In this document: piece by piece, positions 39,640 to 48,270 of the stretch
Numbering within the stretch: position 1 is the first letter of the stretch
How the letters are laid out: each line of letters opens with the position of its first letter
NCBI GenBank assembly: GCA_025924815.1
Contig: JAICHQ010000002.1
Span: 13,801-77,800 of the forward strand
Length of the DNA: 64,000 nucleotides
Reading direction: 5' to 3'
Source of the DNA: Nocardioides sp.
GTDB taxonomy: Bacteria > Actinomycetota > Actinomycetes > Propionibacteriales > Nocardioidaceae
Notes under the pieces: generated by a model
The model's database searches: none
Told to the model about the DNA's origin: nothing
What the model saw: the letters and a program-made list of their open reading frames with translations, nothing else
Position numbers and translations under genes: made by a program

Positions 39640-41064
39640 ATGACGGCCGGGTACGACGAGTGGTCCGCGGCGCGGGCACCTTCGCTGCTCGCCTTCGCGA
39701 CAGCCATCTGCGGTGACGGCCGAACCGCCGATGTCGCCGTCGCCCGCGCCCTGGAGCGGATCCGCGGCTCCTGGTCGCGGGTCGTCCGCGACGACCCCGA
39801 CCTCGAGGCACGCCGTCAGGTGGTGCGGGCCTGCGCCACGCGCCGCCGAGGCGCCGTCGTCCTGCGGGTCTTGGAGGGGCGCTCCGACGCCGAGATCGCC
39901 GAGGTCCTGCACTGCTCCGAGTCCGCCGCACGCCGCCATCTCCGGCGAGGGCTCGCCGACCCCCGCCGGGAAGTGGTCTCGGCCGAGTCGGCCGACGTCC
40001 GTCGACAACTCGTGGCCCGGGCCGGCTCGGCCTCCACCCAGCTGCCGACGCGACCACCGCACATCGGCGCCCCGGCCGCCGGTGGCGGCACCCGGTCGAG
40101 GATCTGGCTCGCCGTGCTCGCGGTGATCGCCGTGCTCGGCGGCGTGGCCTACGTCGCCCACGAGTCGCGCACGCCGGAGGGCGCGATCGGCTACCCCAGG
40201 GTCGACGTCCCCCGGACCTGGCGGTACGAGTCGTACGCCGGAGTGCAGCTGCAGGTGCCGGACACGTGGGGCTGGGGCGGCTCGCCGATGCGGTCCGCCA
40301 TCTTCTCCGGCCGGCGGCACCTCGGCTCCTGCGGCACCGACCTGGCAGCGGTGCTCTCGCCGGCCGACGACTCGTCGTACGTCTCCGCACTGACGCCGTT
40401 CGTCGGCCGGCCCGCGGTGCTGACCCAGCGCTGCGTGCCGTGGGGATCGGCCGGGACGATACCCCGGGCCGACGCGGTGTGGTTCGACTCGCCGCTGGCC
40501 GCGGGCGTGAAGGGGGTGGAGTCGACCGTCGCCGAGACCCGAGCCGTGGGTGACCAGCACGTCAGCGTCTTCAGCCGCTCCTCGACGCTGCGCCGGCAGA
40601 TCCTCGGCAGCGTCGAGCAGGTCGACGTCGACGCGAACGGCTGCCCCACCGCGGTCGTGGCCCGGCCGGTCGCCGGTCCGCGGGACCTCCAGCCGGACTC
40701 CCTGTCGGTGTGCGTGTACTCGCAGGACACCGGCGTGGCCCTCCTGGAGTACTCCGGGTCACGGCCGCGGCCCTCGGCGACGGCGTACGCCGGGCACGTC
40801 GACCCGGCACCGACCGGCCGCGGCGCTCGCTGTCCGACGCCCAGCGGAAGGTGGGTCGCTCTCGGCCTGAACAGCCGCGGCGGCACCCGGTGGGACGTCG
40901 CGAACCTAGGCTGCGGACGCATCGTGACCGCCGGCGGCCGGTCGGTCCCGATGTCACCGACCACCGTGCGTGACTGGGCGGTCGGCGGGGTGACCGCCTA
41001 TGTCGGGCCGCCGCGCGGCGGCGACCGGGGGCTGTCGGACGACTTCATGACACCGTCGGGCTGA
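39640..41064 (+). CDS. Degenerate ECF (SigE-like) sigma domain fused to a TM helix and extracytoplasmic domain
   Basis: sigma4 AVVLRVLEGRSDAEIAEVLHCS; TM IWLAVLAVIAVLGGVAYV; Cys-containing C-terminal region. Confidence 0.7.
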   Translation: MTAGYDEWSAARAPSLLAFATAICGDGRTADVAVARALERIRGSWSRVVRDDPDLEARRQVVRACATRRRGAVVLRVLEGRSDAEIAEVLHCSESAARRHLRRGLADPRREVVSAESADVRRQLVARAGSASTQLPTRPPHIGAPAAGGGTRSRIWLAVLAVIAVLGGVAYVAHESRTPEGAIGYPRVDVPRTWRYESYAGVQLQVPDTWGWGGSPMRSAIFSGRRHLGSCGTDLAAVLSPADDSSYVSALTPFVGRPAVLTQRCVPWGSAGTIPRADAVWFDSPLAAGVKGVESTVAETRAVGDQHVSVFSRSSTLRRQILGSVEQVDVDANGCPTAVVARPVAGPRDLQPDSLSVCVYSQDTGVALLEYSGSRPRPSATAYAGHVDPAPTGRGARCPTPSGRWVALGLNSRGGTRWDVANLGCGRIVTAGGRSVPMSPTTVRDWAVGGVTAYVGPPRGGDRGLSDDFMTPSG

Positions 41065-41114
41065 CCCCGGCCGGGCCCGCCGGCGGGTCCTGCCGGGCCG
41101 GACATACTGGGCCG

Positions 41115-42194
41115 GTGAGCACGCCCGACGAGTCGCGTCCGGTACGCCCGGAGGACGCGGTCGACGTCGCCGCGGTCGTCGGCTGGCTCCGCGAGCACGC
41201 CGAGGGTGCCGCAGTCCCCGACGGGCAGCCCGAGGTCCGTCAGTTCCCCGGCGGCGCCTCCAACCTGACCTACCTGCTGCACTGGCCCGACAGCGACCTG
41301 ATCCTGCGACGCCCGCCGAGCGGCGCGAAGGCGCGCGGTGCGCACGACATGGGCCGCGAGTACCTCATCCAGCGCGCGCTCGGACCCGTCTACCCTTACG
41401 TCGCCGGCATGGTCGCGCTGTGCCGTGACGCGTCCGTGCTCGGCTCGGACTTCTACGTGATGGAGCGGCTCGACGGGCTGGTCCTGCGCAAGGAGCTCAC
41501 CGTCGGGCTCGACCCGGACGCCGCGTCGAGGCTGTGCGGCCATGCCTGGGAGGCGCTGGTGCGGCTGCACGAGATCGATGTCTCCGCCGTTCCGGAGCTC
41601 GCCGGGCTCGGCCGCGGCGAGGGATACGTCGCCCGGCAGGTCGCGGGCTGGACCGACCGGCTGGCCCGGGCCGCCACCGACGACCTCGGGGACTGGGACG
41701 ACCTCGCCGCCTGGCTCGAGGTGCACCGCCCCGCCGATGCCGGGCAGTGCCTGATCCACAACGACTGGCGCTTCGACAACCTGGTGCTTGACCCGGGGTC
41801 GGGCCCCGGGTACGAGCCGCGGGTCAGCGGCGTCCTCGACTGGGAGATGGCGACCGTCGGTGACCCGCTGATGGATCTCGGCGGCGCCCTGGCCTACTGG
41901 GTCCAGGCCGACGACGACGCGTTCTTCCGGCAGTTCCGCCGGCAGCCGACCACGGCGCCGGGGATGTGGACCCGAGACCGGGTCGTCGACTGGTACTGCG
42001 ACCGCCGCGGCTTCGCGATGGAGCCGGACCGGTGGCGGTTCTACGAGGCGTTCGGACTGTTCCGGCTCGCGGTGATCCTCCAGCAGATCTGGTACCGGTT
42101 CGTCCACGGCCAGACCTCCAACCCGGCGTACGCCGGCTTCGGGGAGGCGGTGCGCTACCTCGAGCACCGCACCCGCCGGATCGTGCACGCCTGA
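41115..42194 (+). CDS. APH-like phosphotransferase family protein
   Basis: GGASNLTY, LRRPP, AHDMGRE, HNDWRFDN, LDWEM. Confidence 0.92.
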   Translation: MSTPDESRPVRPEDAVDVAAVVGWLREHAEGAAVPDGQPEVRQFPGGASNLTYLLHWPDSDLILRRPPSGAKARGAHDMGREYLIQRALGPVYPYVAGMVALCRDASVLGSDFYVMERLDGLVLRKELTVGLDPDAASRLCGHAWEALVRLHEIDVSAVPELAGLGRGEGYVARQVAGWTDRLARAATDDLGDWDDLAAWLEVHRPADAGQCLIHNDWRFDNLVLDPGSGPGYEPRVSGVLDWEMATVGDPLMDLGGALAYWVQADDDAFFRQFRRQPTTAPGMWTRDRVVDWYCDRRGFAMEPDRWRFYEAFGLFRLAVILQQIWYRFVHGQTSNPAYAGFGEAVRYLEHRTRRIVHA

Positions 42195-42841
42195 TGGGGC
42201 TGGTGCTGCTGGTCCGGCACGGGCAGGCGTCCTTCGGCGCCGACGACTACGACGTGCTCAGCGAGGCGGGCGTCGAGCAGAGCCGGCTGCTCGGACGCGC
42301 GCTGGCCGCCCAGGGCGTCGAGCCGGCCGCCCTGGTGCACGGCGACCTGAGCCGTCAGCGCGACACCGCGGTCGCGATGGTCGAGGGCGGCGGCTGGTCG
42401 GTGACCCCGGAGCCCGATGCCGGCTGGACCGAGTTCGACCACGTCGGCCTGGTCGCTCGCGCCGCCGCCGGGCGGGACCTGTCGGACCGGCGGGCCTTCC
42501 AGCAGGTCTTCGAGGAGGCGACGGCGCGCTGGTCGGGGGGCCGCCACGACGCGGAGTACGACGAGCCGTGGCCGGCGTTCCTGCGCCGCACGCGGGAGGC
42601 TCTGGACCGGGTCTTCGCAGGTGAGGGGACGACGGTCGCGATCACGTCGGGTGGCCCGATCGCCGTGCTCTGCGCCCGGCTGGTCGACCCCCGGGACGCC
42701 CGCGCCCGGCTGTGGACGTCCTTCAACACCGTCACCGTGAACACCTCGGTCACCCGCGTGATCGAGGGCCCGACCGGCCGCCGGCTGCTGTCGTTCAACG
42801 AGCACTCGCACCTGCCGCGGGAGCTGGTGACCTACCGGTAG
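42194..42841 (+). CDS. Histidine phosphatase family protein
   Basis: LVRHGQAS, RQRDT, TSGGPI. TGATG overlap. Confidence 0.9.
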   Translation: MGLVLLVRHGQASFGADDYDVLSEAGVEQSRLLGRALAAQGVEPAALVHGDLSRQRDTAVAMVEGGGWSVTPEPDAGWTEFDHVGLVARAAAGRDLSDRRAFQQVFEEATARWSGGRHDAEYDEPWPAFLRRTREALDRVFAGEGTTVAITSGGPIAVLCARLVDPRDARARLWTSFNTVTVNTSVTRVIEGPTGRRLLSFNEHSHLPRELVTYR

Positions 42842-42857
42842 AGGCACCGGGCCCGGT

Positions 42858-42902
42858 TCCGCCGGGAGCGGATCGTCGCAGGGCGGATCCGCTCTCGGCA
42901 GC
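42858..42902. promoter_or_regulatory. Two PopR-like boxes (TCCGCC-N3-AGCGGA; TCCGCT-N3-GGCAGC) upstream of clpP
   Basis: Resemble the Streptomyces PopR site TCTGCC-N3-GGCAGA; starts are 30 bp apart. Confidence 0.55.
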
Positions 42903-42943
42903 GGCCCCTTCGGTCGGCGTACGCCGGGTGCCACCGTGGTCCC

Positions 42944-43570
42944 ATGACCGAGACGACGGCCTGGGGCCGGATCGACGACGAGCTCGCGGCGGGACTGCTC
43001 GACCAGCGCACCCTGGTGATGGGAGGCGTCCTGGACGAGACGCTCGGCAACCGGCTCTGCACGGGGCTGATGGTGCTGTCGGCGCGCGACCCGCGGGCCG
43101 ACATCCACCTCTGGATCGGGTCGCCGGGCGGGTCCGTGCCGGCCATGCTGGCGATCCGCGACGTGATGACGCTGATCCCCAACGACGTGTCCACGCTGGC
43201 CCTGGGCATCGCGGCCAGCGCCGGGCAGTTCCTGCTGAGCGCCGGCACGAAGGGCAAGCGCTATGCGATGCCGCACGCCCGCGTGCTCCTCCACCAGGGC
43301 TCCGCGGGAATCGGCGGGACGGCGATGGACATCGCGATCCAGGCCGACGACCTGCGGCACACGCGGGACACCGTGCTGTCGCTGATCGCCGCCGACACCG
43401 GGCAGAGCGTCGAGACCGTGGAGCGCGACTCGCGGCGCGACCGCTGGTTCAGCGTCGACGAGGCTCTCGACTACGGCTTCGTGGACCACCTCGTCAGCTC
43501 GGTCGACCAGGTGCGTACGCCGCCCGCCCGCCCGCTCGGGCTGGGCCTGCCCGGAGATGGGGCGTCATGA
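42944..43570 (+). CDS. clpP: ClpP protease subunit (ClpP3-like)
   Basis: SPGG, AASAG (catalytic Ser), LHQ, RDRW. Confidence 0.92.
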   Translation: MTETTAWGRIDDELAAGLLDQRTLVMGGVLDETLGNRLCTGLMVLSARDPRADIHLWIGSPGGSVPAMLAIRDVMTLIPNDVSTLALGIAASAGQFLLSAGTKGKRYAMPHARVLLHQGSAGIGGTAMDIAIQADDLRHTRDTVLSLIAADTGQSVETVERDSRRDRWFSVDEALDYGFVDHLVSSVDQVRTPPARPLGLGLPGDGAS

Positions 43571-44214
43571 GCAGCTACCCGATCCCCTACGTGACCACCC
43601 AGACCAACCGTGGGGAGCGCACCGTCGACGTCTACAGCCGCCTGCTGGCCGACCGGATCATCTACCTGGGCACACCGATCGACGACGGCGTCGCGAACAC
43701 GGTGATCGCTCAGCTGATCCACCTCGAGTCGGAGAGCCCCGAAGCGCCGATCAACCTCTACCTCAACTCGCCCGGCGGCTCCATCCCGGCGATGCTCGCG
43801 ATCTACGACGCCATGCAGTTCGTCCGGCCCGCGGTCGAGACCACCTGTGTCGGCCAGGCCGTGGCAACGGCGGCGGTGCTGCTCGCGGGCGGCGCGAGAG
43901 GTCGTCGGCAGATCCTGCGTCACGGGCGGGTGGTGCTGCACGCGCCGGCGGCCGAGGGTCGGGGCACGATCCCCGACCTGATCCTCGAAGCCGACGAGAT
44001 CGAGCGCGTGCGCTCGTTGCTGGAGGACCTGCTCGCCCGCGACACCGACAAGAGTCCGGCCCGGATCCGTGAGGACACCGAGCGCGACCTCGTGCTCACC
44101 GCGGAGCAGGCGCAGGACTACGGCGTGGTCGACGCGGTCATCACCGAGCGCGACGCGCCCCCGTCGGTGCCCCGGTCGGTCGCGGCTCAGGCCGCCAGGC
44201 AGACCGGTGACTGA
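43567..44214 (+). CDS. clpP: ClpP family subunit (ClpP4-like; catalytic Ser replaced by Ala)
   Basis: DVYSRLL..RIIYLG, NSPGG, CVGQAVAT, ERD. Confidence 0.9.
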   Translation: MSSYPIPYVTTQTNRGERTVDVYSRLLADRIIYLGTPIDDGVANTVIAQLIHLESESPEAPINLYLNSPGGSIPAMLAIYDAMQFVRPAVETTCVGQAVATAAVLLAGGARGRRQILRHGRVVLHAPAAEGRGTIPDLILEADEIERVRSLLEDLLARDTDKSPARIREDTERDLVLTAEQAQDYGVVDAVITERDAPPSVPRSVAAQAARQTGD

Positions 44215-44507
44215 GAGTCGACGGTCGTCGAGGCCACGCGGGTCGCGAGCTCCGCGACGCTCAGCCCGAGCGCGCCGGCGATCGCGGCCAGCAGCTCCGA
44301 GGAGGGGTCCTTCAGGCCACGCTCGACCTCCGAGAGGTACTGCGGGGAGACTCCGGCCTGCTCCGCGACGTCGACCAGTCGCTGTCCGGAGTCGAGCCGC
44401 TCCTCGCGGAGCTCGCGACCGACCGACTCGCGCCAGAGCGGCTCGACCGTGCTCGGACGCTCCTGCGGCGGCTCCCGGCGTACCGGCAGCGGGACGACGT
44501 CACCCAT
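44187..44507 (-). CDS. XRE HTH regulator, PopR/ClgR-like
   Basis: LREER...VSPQYLSEVERGLKDPSSE; convergent with the clpP pair; C-terminal LAA. Confidence 0.85.
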   Translation of the reverse strand: MGDVVPLPVRREPPQERPSTVEPLWRESVGRELREERLDSGQRLVDVAEQAGVSPQYLSEVERGLKDPSSELLAAIAGALGLSVAELATRVASTTVDSQSPVCLAA

Positions 44508-44546
44508 GGGCCGATCCTAGGCGGAGGACGCAGCCCTGGCCGCCGG

Positions 44547-44565
44547 GTTCTGCTGTGAGCAGAAC
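44547..44565. promoter_or_regulatory. Palindrome GTTCTGCT-GTG-AGCAGAAC, PopR-like autoregulatory site
   Basis: Perfect 8-bp arms about 40 bp upstream of the regulator start. Confidence 0.65.
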
Positions 44566-44567
44566 GG

Positions 44568-45311
44568 TCACGGGGCGAACGGACGCCCGACCTCGGTGGT
44601 CGCCTGGATCACGAACGACCGCATCAGCTTGTCGGCGAAGGTCTGCTTGCGCTCGTCCCAGATCGGCCACAGGTAGCCGAGCGGGAGGCAGGCGCAGGGC
44701 AGCCCGTCGAGGACGTGCAGGAGCTGGCGCAGCAGCGCCCAGCCCGGCCCGATCGGCTGGAGGTCGGCGTTCACGAGCCGGATCGCGAGCACGCTCTTGC
44801 CGATGCTGGCGCCGGTGCGGCCCTGGCGCAGGCCGACGTTCCAGATCAGGAACGCCAGCCCGGTCAGCGTCCCGACCAGGATGAGGAAGCCGGCCCCGGC
44901 CGACGTGCCCGACTGCTGCAGGACCACGCTGCCGTCGGTCTGGTGCACGACGTGGGTGTCACGCAGCCTCATCACCCAGCCGGCCCACAGGGGGGCGGCG
45001 GCGAGGGAGGCGGCGACGGAGTCGATCAGGTAGGCGCCCACCCGGGTGAACCAGCCGGCGTACCCGCCGAACGCGAAGGTCGGTCGGGCGGTGTCCGGGC
45101 CGGCGTAGGGGTTGGACGCCGCCGTCTGCCCGTAGGGGGCCGGCTGGCCGTAGGGGTTGCGCGACCCGGGAGGAGGGCCGGTGTGGAAGGCGGGAGCGCC
45201 GGTCGGCGCGGTCTCCCAGTTGTCGGGGTAGGGGTTGTACGCCGGTGGTTGCGCCGGCTGGTCGGGCGAAGGGTCGGGCTCGTCGGGGGGCGGCGGTCCG
45301 GCGTGCGACAT
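44568..45311 (-). CDS. RDD family membrane protein with Pro-rich N-terminus
   Basis: RVGAYLID, GASIGK, WPIWD.RKQTFADK. Confidence 0.9.
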   Translation of the reverse strand: MSHAGPPPPDEPDPSPDQPAQPPAYNPYPDNWETAPTGAPAFHTGPPPGSRNPYGQPAPYGQTAASNPYAGPDTARPTFAFGGYAGWFTRVGAYLIDSVAASLAAAPLWAGWVMRLRDTHVVHQTDGSVVLQQSGTSAGAGFLILVGTLTGLAFLIWNVGLRQGRTGASIGKSVLAIRLVNADLQPIGPGWALLRQLLHVLDGLPCACLPLGYLWPIWDERKQTFADKLMRSFVIQATTEVGRPFAP

Positions 45312-45399
45312 GGGGGTGAGTATCTCCGGAGCGGGCGACGGGGCGCGCCGACCCGCCGGGACCGCGGCGTGTCGGCGCGTGCCTACCGGGTACAGCGCG

Positions 45400-45460
45400 G
45401 ACGTACGCCGAGACCGGGCCGCCGCCTCCCCCTGGTGGCCCGGCTCGACCGACCGCCCGC
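45400..45460 (+). ncRNA. Candidate stress-induced small RNA with a C-rich-loop hairpin
   Basis: GTGT-N15-GGGTAC promoter at 45369-45393; stem 45414-45423/45434-45443 with loop GCCTCCCCCT; no convincing ORF. Ends approximate. Confidence 0.35.
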
Positions 45461-45469
45461 GTGGAGCGA

Positions 45470-45528
45470 TAGTCCCCGACGAAACGGTCGGATCTCCGGC
45501 CGGGACACAGCCATTTCGTCGGGGACTA
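45470..45528. repeat. 57-59-bp palindromic element (AGTCCCCGAC...GTCGGGGACT), copy 1
   Basis: 15-bp arms; homologous in reverse orientation to 55384-55443. Confidence 0.8.
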
Positions 45529-45539
45529 CCTCCTCCACC

Positions 45540-45569
45540 ACAAACAGACAGGTTTGACTGTTTGTTTGT
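45540..45569. promoter_or_regulatory. ACAAACAGACAG-N6-CTGTTTGTTTGT inverted repeat, probable TetR operator of the atu-like operon
   Basis: AT-rich 11/12 inverted repeat just upstream of the TetR gene. Confidence 0.7.
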
Positions 45570-45588
45570 ACGACGGGAGGATGGGCGG

Positions 45589-46185
45589 GTGACCACCCCG
45601 ACCCGCGTGCCGCAGGAGGAGCGGTCGCGGGCGATGCGGGCCCGGCTGCTGGAGGCCACCGTCGAGTGCCTGGTGGAGGTCGGCTTCGGCCGTACGTCGA
45701 CCACGCTGATCAGCGAGCGGGCCGGGGTCTCCCGCGGCGCCCAGCTCCACCACTTCCCCACCAAGAACGCGCTCGTCGTCGCCGCCGTCGAGCACCTGAC
45801 CGAGGTCCGGGGTGTCGAGCTGGCGGCCGCTGCGGCGGCGGTGCCCGCGGCCCACCGCACCCGGGACGTGCTCCGGATGCTCGGAGACCACTTCGCCTCG
45901 CCGGTGTTCACCGCGGCCCTCGAGCTCTGGGTCGCCGCCCGCACCGACCCCGCACTCCTCGAGGCCGTCGAGCCACTCGAGCAGAAGGTCGGCCGCGAGA
46001 CCCACCGGATGACCGTCGACCTCCTGGGCGCCGACGAGTCCCGGCCGGGCGTCCGCGAGCTCGTGCAGGCGACCCTCGACCTGGTGCGCGGCCTCGGCCT
46101 GGCGGCGACGATCAGCGACGACAGCCGTCGCCGCAACCGGATCCTCGACCAGTGGGCCCGCACGCTGGACGGGGCCCTGCCGTGA
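45589..46185 (+). CDS. TetR family regulator
   Basis: ISERAGVSRGAQLHHFPTK, ELWVAARTD. Confidence 0.92.
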   Translation: MTTPTRVPQEERSRAMRARLLEATVECLVEVGFGRTSTTLISERAGVSRGAQLHHFPTKNALVVAAVEHLTEVRGVELAAAAAAVPAAHRTRDVLRMLGDHFASPVFTAALELWVAARTDPALLEAVEPLEQKVGRETHRMTVDLLGADESRPGVRELVQATLDLVRGLGLAATISDDSRRRNRILDQWARTLDGALP

Positions 46186-46973
46186 ACGACGTCCGCGACC
46201 GGGTCCTCGACGACCTCGTGGCCGAGAGCGCGGCGCTCGATGCCCTCGTCGCCGACCGCCCCGAGAAGGACTGGCGTACGCCGACCTCCGCGCCGGGCTG
46301 GGACGTGGCCACCCAGATCACCCACCTCGCCTGGGCCGACGAGGCCGCCCACGCCGCGGCCACCGACAAGGAGCGCTGGGACGCCCTGTCGCTCGAGGCG
46401 CTGGCCGATCCCGACCACGCCGTGGACCGGGCCGCGCTCACCGGGAGCATCGCCGCGCCGTCGGTCCTGCTCGAGCGCTGGCGTACGGCGCGCACCCGCC
46501 TCGCGGAGACGCTGCGCACGTTCCCGGACGGGGAGCGGATGCCGTGGTACGGCCCGCCGATCTCGGCGACCTCGATGGCGACGGCGCGCCTGATGGAGAC
46601 CTGGGCCCACGGGCTCGACATCCACCAGGCGCTCGGCGTCGAGCCCGAGCTCACCGACCGGATCCGGCACGTCGCCCACCTCGGCGTCCGCACCCGCGAC
46701 TTCGCCTTCTCCTTGCACGGCACCTCGCCGCCCGCCGAGGAGTTCCGGGTCGACCTGACCGGGCCGTCGGGCGACGTGTGGTCCTGGGGTCCGAACGCCG
46801 CCGCGCAGACCGTGACCGGCACGGCGTACGACTTCTGCCGGCTGGTCACCCAGCGGATCCATCGCGCCGACACCACCCTGGTGGCCACGGGTCGCGAGGC
46901 CGACGCCTGGCTGGACATCACCCAGGCGTTCGCCGGCCTGCCGGGCGCGGGGCGGGGGCCGAGCGATGCCTGA
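46182..46973 (+). CDS. TIGR03084-type MDMPI-family metal-binding protein
   Basis: GWDVATQITHL, ARLMETWAHG, HLGVRTR, QAFAG.PG.GR. Confidence 0.85.
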   Translation: MNDVRDRVLDDLVAESAALDALVADRPEKDWRTPTSAPGWDVATQITHLAWADEAAHAAATDKERWDALSLEALADPDHAVDRAALTGSIAAPSVLLERWRTARTRLAETLRTFPDGERMPWYGPPISATSMATARLMETWAHGLDIHQALGVEPELTDRIRHVAHLGVRTRDFAFSLHGTSPPAEEFRVDLTGPSGDVWSWGPNAAAQTVTGTAYDFCRLVTQRIHRADTTLVATGREADAWLDITQAFAGLPGAGRGPSDA

Positions 46974-48270
46974 GCCGGCTCCCCTCCGCATCGGCAACTG
47001 CTCCGGCTTCTACGGCGACCGGCTCTCCGCGATGCGCGAGATGCTCGAGGACGGGCCGCTCGACGTGCTCACCGGCGACTACCTCGCCGAGCTGACGATG
47101 CTGATCCTCGGCCGTGACCAGCTGAAGGACCCGACCCTCGGCTACGCCCGCACGTTCGCGCGGCAGGTCGAGGACTGCCTCGGGCTCGCGCTGGAGCGGG
47201 GGGTCAGGATGGTCAGCAACGCCGGCGGTCTCAACCCGGCGGCACTCGCCGCGCGGATCGCCGAGATCGCCGCCGGGCAGGGGCTGTCGCCGTCCGTCGC
47301 CTACGTCGACGGCGACGACGTGCGGTCCGTCGGCTTCCCCGGCGCCCTCACCGCCAACGCCTACCTCGGCGGCCTCGGCATCGCCGCGGCGCTCGCGGGC
47401 GGTGCCGACGTCGTGGTCACCGGACGGGTCACGGATGCCTCGCTCGTGGTCGGGCCGGCCGTGTGGTGGCACGGGTGGAGCCCCACGGCGTACGACGAGC
47501 TGGCCGGCGCGACGGTCGCCGGTCATGTCCTGGAGTGCGGGTGCCAGGCGACGGGTGGGAACTTCTCCGGGTTCGCCACGATGCTCCCGATCGGCCCGAC
47601 CGACGGACCGGCTCCACCCTTGGGGTTCCCGCTCGCGGAGATCGCCGCCGACGGCTCGTCGGTGATCACCAAGCACCCGGGGACCGGCGGCCTGGTCGGT
47701 CTCGACACGGTGACGGCACAGCTGATGTACGAGGTGCAGTCGACGGCCTACCTCGGACCCGACGTCACCACGCACCTGGACACGATCGGCCTGCGCCAGG
47801 AGGGTCCCGACCGGGTGGGCATCACCGGCGTCCGCGGGTCGGCACCGCCCGAACGGCTCAAGGTCTGCGCCAACGAGCTGGGCGGCTACCGCAACGACGT
47901 CGAGCTCGTGCTCACCGGCCTCCACGTCCCGCAGAAGGCGGCGTGGGTGCAGGCGCAGCTCGAGCCGCGGCTGACCGCATCGTCAGTGACCTGGTCGCTC
48001 GGCGCGCTGCCGCAGCCCGACGCCGACACCGAGCAGGGCGCGTCGACGCTGCTGCGGTGCACCGTGCAGGACCCCTCCCCGGAGCCGGTGGGCCGCGCGT
48101 TCAGCGGCGCGGTCGTCGAGCTCGCGCTCGCGTCGTACCCGGGCTTCACGATGACCGCGCCGCCCGGGCCCGGCACGCCGTACGGCGTCTACCGCGCGGA
48201 GTACGTCGACCGTGCGGCGGTCGCCCATACGGTGCACCACGCCGACGGCCGCACCGAGGTGGTCGCGTGA
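46966..48270 (+). CDS. Acyclic terpene utilization AtuA-like protein, N-terminal (DUF1446) part
   Basis: NCSGFYGDR, GDYLAELTM, GHVLECG.QATGGN, YLGPDV. Confidence 0.9.
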   Translation: MPEPAPLRIGNCSGFYGDRLSAMREMLEDGPLDVLTGDYLAELTMLILGRDQLKDPTLGYARTFARQVEDCLGLALERGVRMVSNAGGLNPAALAARIAEIAAGQGLSPSVAYVDGDDVRSVGFPGALTANAYLGGLGIAAALAGGADVVVTGRVTDASLVVGPAVWWHGWSPTAYDELAGATVAGHVLECGCQATGGNFSGFATMLPIGPTDGPAPPLGFPLAEIAADGSSVITKHPGTGGLVGLDTVTAQLMYEVQSTAYLGPDVTTHLDTIGLRQEGPDRVGITGVRGSAPPERLKVCANELGGYRNDVELVLTGLHVPQKAAWVQAQLEPRLTASSVTWSLGALPQPDADTEQGASTLLRCTVQDPSPEPVGRAFSGAVVELALASYPGFTMTAPPGPGTPYGVYRAEYVDRAAVAHTVHHADGRTEVVA

